A DNA stretch of 64,000 nucleotides. Origin: Balanoglossus misakiensis (taxonomy: Eukaryota; Animalia; Hemichordata). Below the pieces are notes generated by a model. That model was not told the origin of the DNA and did not search any database. It worked only from the letters and a program-made list of their open reading frames with translations. The stretch lies in contig CM082589.2 of the NCBI GenBank assembly GCA_040954595.2, forward strand, positions 3,734,213 through 3,798,212, read 5' to 3'. Made by a program: the position numbers and the translations under genes. Positions 57,326 through 64,000 of this stretch are shown one piece after another. The stretch's first letter is position 1. Every line of letters starts with the position of its first letter.

Positions 57326-60300
57326 CTAATCCCAGATATCGTTTCTGAAGTACTTGTCTTCCCATAGGAGCTCTGTCGTCAGCATCGACAAACGAAGGTG
57401 TTCTTCAAACGACAACTCGGGGAAAAATCTCATTCCCGTCATCTGTTCAATGTCGTGAAGGCTGGAAAAGTGACTGATCAGATAGTCGTAACTGTAGGTG
57501 TTCTTCGCCTGTAATGCAAACAGAGAATCATGCTAAATCTGTATCTTTTCAAAGCTCAGGCCAAGTAGTGACAGACAGACAGATAGATATGTCTGTGCAA
57601 GTGCCTTATTGAAATAGAAATGTTAAGTTACCGTGCATGTCTTGATTCCGTCCGAGTGGGGAAGGACCATGGTCATAACTTCACGATCTTCTTTAGGACA
57701 ATACTGACCGACCGCCCTGCCGCGACAGCGTGTTAACACCGCGTAGAAGTGGGTTGGCATTGGGGTGGCACCGACCCAGGAACTAAACAAGGGAGAAGAA
57801 AAGAACATTTAAATATCTAAGTGTGTGAGTGGTCATGTCATTGTGTAACCGACTGAATCATGATATAGATATGTTATAAATGCGTTGTTTACAGTTTACA
57901 CATATGCCATTAGTGACAGGGCTGGGCTGTCATGATCGACAACAACTAACCTGAAAGTTGCGAGTTCAATATGTTTGTCCATTAGGCCATCAAAGTTGGA
58001 GTCGAATATTGGTCCAACAATCGCATTGATGCCGTCAAACTGATCGGCCCAGTAGTACATTTTGTCGACCAGGAACTCGTAGATACCTGCGCAGAGAAAT
58101 ACATATTTATAGAATGTTTCCTGAATTACGTTCCCGTTAATTAAACCCGTATAGTAATCATTTGAAGGTCTGGAATAGTCAGTCTTCCTGAGTACCACAG
58201 GCATGTCCAATAGACATACTCACCATGATAGAAGTTGACATACATCGGCACTGTGTTGGAAGTCAGTAGAGTGTCCATTTGTTGTTCCATTGAGAACGTC
58301 TTGGCTGAAATAAAAAGACGTCGTATATAAAGCTGATTTTATATGAAAATACAAACTGAAACCTTAGACAACCCATAAATTACTTAGGGTTGTGACATTC
58401 AATCATGACTACCTTAGACAGGCTTTGCAACCTAACTGAGCGATAAAAATCGCAACATGTGGTTTCACAGAATTTCAAAGATGGCGGATTTCTTACTTGG
58501 GTGCATAAGGTAACCCATGGTGATATTGTGGAGATCCAACAATCTGAAGTCCTCGCAGTGTGGTTCATAAGCGTCCAGCAGTCGGACATCCTGACGCATG
58601 CAGTGTGTGATTGGTTTGAATGTGGGAGTCCTGGCGTTATACTATAACATGAAAATAGAACGCTATAATTAACTTTTTATAACAAAAATCACACGGTTGC
58701 AATTTGTATATTATTGAACACCCCCCCCCCCCTCCTCCGTCAATCATATGATTTTGTTGCACACACCGAGTCAGTGTGGTTGCACTCCGGCAGCGTCTTG
58801 CAAAAAAAGACTGAAACATTTCACTGTTTATTCACAAATTTTAGAAACCTACCCTCGGACGCAGTGTGAAGGAAACAAACTTGGGCGCCTTCAAGTAGTT
58901 GTCCCAACCGACGGCGTAATCCTTGTTGAAAATCAGAGTGTAGTTGCCGGGTTGTTCGTGAGTCAAATTGAAAATTGTCGGGATTCCCCACGGCGCATGC
59001 TCCCTCTGGGAATTCAGTTCTGTGAAAAAAGGCGTGAGTCACACATAAAATAAGTCTTGGAAATATTCATGAATCTTAGAAAGTAGCGCATATCGAGAGC
59101 CTCTTGATATAATTGGGTAATTGGCATAGTCTATCTTTCGTGAAACTGTTTTTTTTTATTTGAACAAATTACTCACCCTCATTGGCATCCAGATTTAATC
59201 GTCTGTCAAAAATCTCGATTTTTTTCTTCCCTTCTCTGACAGGTAGATCTGGGAAGTAATTATCAATCTGCAGGAAAAATAAATTTTTATAGAATGATCA
59301 ATAATCTTAAAAATCATCAGAAGATTGGACTCACGGTACACGATAGGTCGTTTGTTGTCTGTTCTGTGTCACATGGGAATGTCGTCTCAGACAAACTGCC
59401 TAGCCACGCGAGATCTGGCGGGGTCTCGTGAAGCTCGGAAAGGGGTCTATTGTCTGAACTTACCACCTCGTCCTCGCACTTGCACTCGGTGGTGTCGCTG
59501 GCAAACTGGAAATTGTACTCCTCCTCGTTGTTGGGGAAGGAGCCATCCAGCGGCACAGCGATGCGTTCCAGGGTGGTGTTGAGACCCATTGGGCGTGTTA
59601 GGGCGTCCCTCAGCGACCCGGCGGTCCCGTTGTTCGGTTCCGGGATGATGTTCAACAGCTCGGCCATCAAGTTGTACAACTCCACGCTACGGAATGGACT
59701 CATGGAGAAGTTGCGGTTGAATGCAAACCCGTTGCCAACGAACAATACCTGGAAAAAACATACCACCAACACAACGATGAATTTATACTGAAGATTAATC
59801 AAACTATAACCCCTCCCCCCCGCATAATAATGAGGACCCTGGGAAAAAAGACAACAGCCGCAATGAAGAAAACATTTGCTTACACGACTGGTGAGGTTCT
59901 TGAAGAAGTACTGCGGAGCAACACCAGTACAGTAGCCCTCCTCGCGATCTCTGTTAAAGTTGTTCTTCCTGTGAAGGACATGGAAAGAAATGCAATTATT
60001 GAATTTATCAGATATTTGAGTCTAATCTAAATTATTAACATAGAACGATTTTTTTATCACAAAGGATCTGTACATACGATCTCAAGCTGTAACCTCTTGA
60101 CCCCACGATGACGACATCTTCGACCCTGTATGACGTTGCATAATGAAGACGGGCTGGCAGGTGTTGCTTTTTGTAGGCCTCTACGTAGTCATTTCGGCAC
60201 TGTTGAATAGAAACTTCATGTTAATTTTTCACCATAGAGTTAACACACAGATTGGCGGCCATTTTGAATTTCAGATTTGAGATATTTTTATCGTCTCATT

Positions 60301-63072
60301 CAAAAGTCTGCATGGTAACATCAAATTATATCCTCAATTTTAAGAGAGCGTTATATGTATTTGCCCATGAGCAAAATATGAGAAACCATTTAAGACTTTG
60401 ATTGATGTATTAGTTAACTTACCCTCAGTCTGTCTACTGTTGTCTCGGGGGTTTCATATGCAACTGTTGACCGGAAAAGGAAGGTATGTTAACACAAACA
60501 ATTTGTACGCCAAATACAATAAAATCAAATAAAAGCCCAATCTTCCGGTAACCAATGATCATCAATATCATTTGTGACAACAGTTCAAAATACAATATAC
60601 TAAAATACCTCCTCCGCCAACACCAAAGGGATTCAAGGTGAAGTTCATTCTCTTTATGCCATTCAGCCAATCAGGGGTCAGGTTGTATTCGTCAACGTCC
60701 CGGATGTACTGAAATTGCAAAGAAAGATTTGTGATGTGATTGACAAGGTAAGTGGTTTTTGACGGTTCTTCCCAATTTGTCAAATCAATTTATGCTATGG
60801 GGTCAGGTCATAGAATCACCAAATGTTTCTCTTCTCTAAATCTTGACCATCAACACTTACACTTTCGAGATTAAGCATTCGGCCGCAACTCCTGTTGGTC
60901 AACATATAGTCAGCATACAACAAAACATTGGCGCAATTCTTGAGCTTCAACATGGTCAAGCCGCCCATAAGACGACCAACGGCCCTGTCCACTTCTCGCA
61001 GCTCATTCTGGCGGTATCTGTAGTCACGATACGTCGTTGCGTTGAAGAACAGCATGATGACATTTGGCCTGCGTAAAGATAACATGACAATAATGGTCAT
61101 TCTTTTTTACGAAATGTCACTTTGTGTATACACCCCTGTTTGAGCACTAGAGGGCGATATACAAGTAAGCGTTTATAATAATTCTAATTTGCATATCGGA
61201 ACAACATGGCCGATTGTTATTGTTACACAGGAGAAAGCGGTTGAGAATGAACAGCACCTTACCTGTCCCTTCTCCTCATTCTTAACCATTCCACGACCTT
61301 GTCCACTTGATCATTAAAATTCCTTGGACTGAAAACAAAGATGCAATATTCAAGGAGTTTAATCACACACCACATGTCAAAAAAACCGCAAAGTTCATTT
61401 GCAGAGCAGTTGTATAGCCTAAGTGTACAGTTACTGATCAATGAATTGTTCAGAAGTATAACAGACTAGCGTCAATAATCTACATGCCTTACAAAAAATC
61501 AAAATACACATACCTACGTCCCGCAACATAGTAGTTCGGCACCCAGCCTGTCAAGATAAAACGATTGTATTTTTTTAACACCGTTGCATATACTAGTACT
61601 GTGTATAACAATTTCTGCATCTAAAAGTCTTGTTTTGACTATTTAGGACCTACCAGAATTAAAACTAATTAATGTAGCATATCCATCAGCTATTACTATC
61701 AGTGCCTCCACATTATCGGCAAATTTCAGTAAATGGGTCGGATTAGTCTAAAAGCCTACCTTTAATTGGAATGTTGGCTCCGGGCCATCTGAAGGAGGCA
61801 GATTTCAAGTGATGTCTCCTGGCCGTTATCCAGATCTGTCATTATGTTTTGGAGGAAAGAATTTTACATGTTTAAAACTACGTGTAAAGCTAACTCTCAG
61901 TGTAAAAATTATTAGGGGTTAAATTGGCGTGTTACTTACAGGCTCTCCTTTGAACCAACGAGCAGCCCTCTCTGGGTTCTCCTTGTCAGTGTAGTCGGAG
62001 CCGTTCACAAAGTGGGCGCCTCCGTCGAATTCTTGATCAACCATGAAATCGTCGACCACTTCGTGTTCACCCGGGTACAGACCCTACATTGAGAAATAGA
62101 AAATTCCAGTTCCTTGTCATACCAAGTGATAACTATCACAGGCCAATTTTGTGCTGTAAATGGAAATAAAGTGTACAGACGCGTACAGCAAATACATATG
62201 TATAGTGGTCATTCTGACTTTTTGATCTTTCACAATTTTCCATATTTTTAATTTTAATTTTAACTTACCGTTGCTATGGTGTAGTAGTTTGGAAATGCTG
62301 ACAGAGGGAACATACTCGACATATTCGGTGTGTGTGCGCCACAGTCCCCTGGGGAAATAGAAAAGGTAAACACTCAACCACCCACTATTGATATTTTGAT
62401 AACAAGATAGTACATATACAAGTATTCTTGGCCGGCAAAATGTGCCAAGATTTTGACAACTCTGGATTTTGTAACCATGGCACTAAACAGGCATTCGAGC
62501 ATGAGCACATGGAGCACCTGGTGATACTTACGAAGTTTGTAGATGTGTGGGACGACCTTTCTGCTGAACATGTCACCAGTGAAGCCATTGAGACCGACCA
62601 CGATGAGAGGAGGTTTGTCATTGAAACTGAAATGAAAAAAACAACAACACGAAGATCAGGCTGCGGAAGTACCAATTCAGATATACAGTTATATCACCAG
62701 GATTAAAACTAATACTAAAATGGGCTATGTAAAAGCCATGGTGGAGTTAATATTGACAAGCAAATGGCTAACTCCTAAATGGGTAACTCCTACTTACTCT
62801 CTAGGACAGGACTTGAAGTCTTTGGGACAACTTCCTCGGACCCAGACAGATCGATGATATTCCAGATTATCCTCTGTGGAAAAAAAATGCGTCAACCATA
62901 GATTTAAAAACATGTCTTGGCACGTTGGCATGGGATGGGATGTGGTCTGATGAAAGCATAATATGGCTGTGTTTTGTTTCAAAATTTGAATGTGGGTGAA
63001 CTTACCCAACGCCTTTGCAATGCCGACTCCAATACCGGCCGCAACAGCGAAAACTAAGAGAGCAATCACGAT
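57326..63072 (-). CDS. ENPP1/3-like type II membrane protein (PDE + nuclease-like domains, no SMB) with degenerate active site; first exon not identified
   Basis: TM IVIALLVFAVAAGIGVGIA; CGAHTPNM..MFPLSAFPNYYTIATGLYP; WFKGEPIW; QVDKVVEWL; VELYNLMAELLNIIPEPNNGTAGSL; TLLTSNTVPMY; VGPIFDSNFDG; PTHFYAVLTRC; DIEQMTGMRFF; stop at 57326. Confidence 0.88.
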
Positions 63073-64000
63073 CTAAAGAAAAAATAAATAAAATGCAATG
63101 CATTGTTAGTTTATGTTCCCCTTTCTAGATTTGTCTAGGTCTTCGTCAGTACGTTTGTAAACATGTTGGCATTACATTTGAATATTTATTCATACGCGCC
63201 AATCCAGTGTTACGAATGTTAAAAATAGCCTTTGGGGGAAATGCGAAATCAGACACGTCGGATCCAGGCAACGCGTTCTCTGTGATGCGAAACGTCACAC
63301 GGGGAACCGAGGTAACACAGAAAAAACAATTGTAGCATCTATTTGCGGAGAATTCATCCCGACCATTTAGCTCGTACTTTGACCCAGTAACCCAAGCAGC
63401 CTGCATATCGTCGATGAAAGGAAATTGTATGAGGCCAACTGTGGCCTCACAAAACATCTGTCGACACGCGTAAATGCAAATAAACCACCGATCGATAGAA
63501 AACGCAGAGGCGCATTTGCAAATATCCACCTTCGTTGAGAGGATATGCCATGCAAGAGTCCGTGTCTCTGTCTTTACTTAACCGCTGTTTCCAATTGTCC
63601 CCTAATTTGTTGGCACGTAGGTAAGACTTTCATTTGCAGGGCCTTAAATAGCTAGCCCTTAGGTCAGGGTCATACCACAGTCTTTTGTGTTTTTAGTTCA
63701 AACTTTTGCATTCACGCTTGTCACTGAAATTCTCTCATTTATCATGGCGTCCTATTGTTAATAAAAAGCGGTTAGCGTTGGACTCTGCCTCTGTCATATG
63801 ACCTTAATCGGTAGACGTCATTAAATATCTTCTTAGACATGTGGTGGTTGCAATTTTTCAGCGAAAAGTACATGTTCATGTATAACGAATGATTCAGTAG
63901 GGGAGTACAAGTAAGAAGAGAATGGTGTTTCGGAACTCAACTAATACTTAGAGTGTTGGCTTGAGCTCAGTACATCTAATTTACCTTGGGAAGTTAAAAT

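Noticed and set aside
60195-60420. Possible MITE remnant in an ENPP intron
   Set aside because: Looks repeat-like (GGCGGCCATTTTGAATTT) but no termini or second copy are present in the window.
50533-63072. Calling the MOXD1-like and ENPP-like loci pseudogenes
   Set aside because: No stops or frameshifts in the exons read, splice sites are intact and structural motifs are kept; the losses concentrate on catalytic residues.
63480-64000. First exon of the ENPP-like gene
   Set aside because: No ATG-donor combination in the right phase was found; it is probably outside the window or not recognised.

Overview
Intron-rich eukaryotic (animal) DNA, gene-dense and AT-rich with GT-AG introns. Gene content and repeats suggest a marine invertebrate deuterostome, possibly a hemichordate; this is an inference only. 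Most entries in the ORF track are exon fragments, so gene models were rebuilt by hand from splice sites. In order: LRRC6/DNAAF11 (-, runs off the left end; one intron hosts an antisense 3-exon HTH + BEN-domain gene), a DUF389 membrane protein (+; nested Helentron-like elements in an intron), COPS5 (-), a Src-family kinase (-), HDAC1/2 (+), CC2D1/lgd (+), three tandem small Cys-rich membrane-protein genes (-), two head-to-head bacterial FabL-like SDR genes, a MOXD1-like gene (+) and an ENPP-like gene (-, 5' end not found). Highlights: the FabL-like pair is a horizontal-transfer candidate. The adjacent MOXD1-like and ENPP-like genes have open frames but have lost their metal ligands (pseudoenzymes). 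CC2D1 has a candidate alternative last exon ending in a CaaX box. Gene order matches the vertebrate 1p/6q/8q paralogon. Exon coordinates were counted by eye and may be a few bases off.
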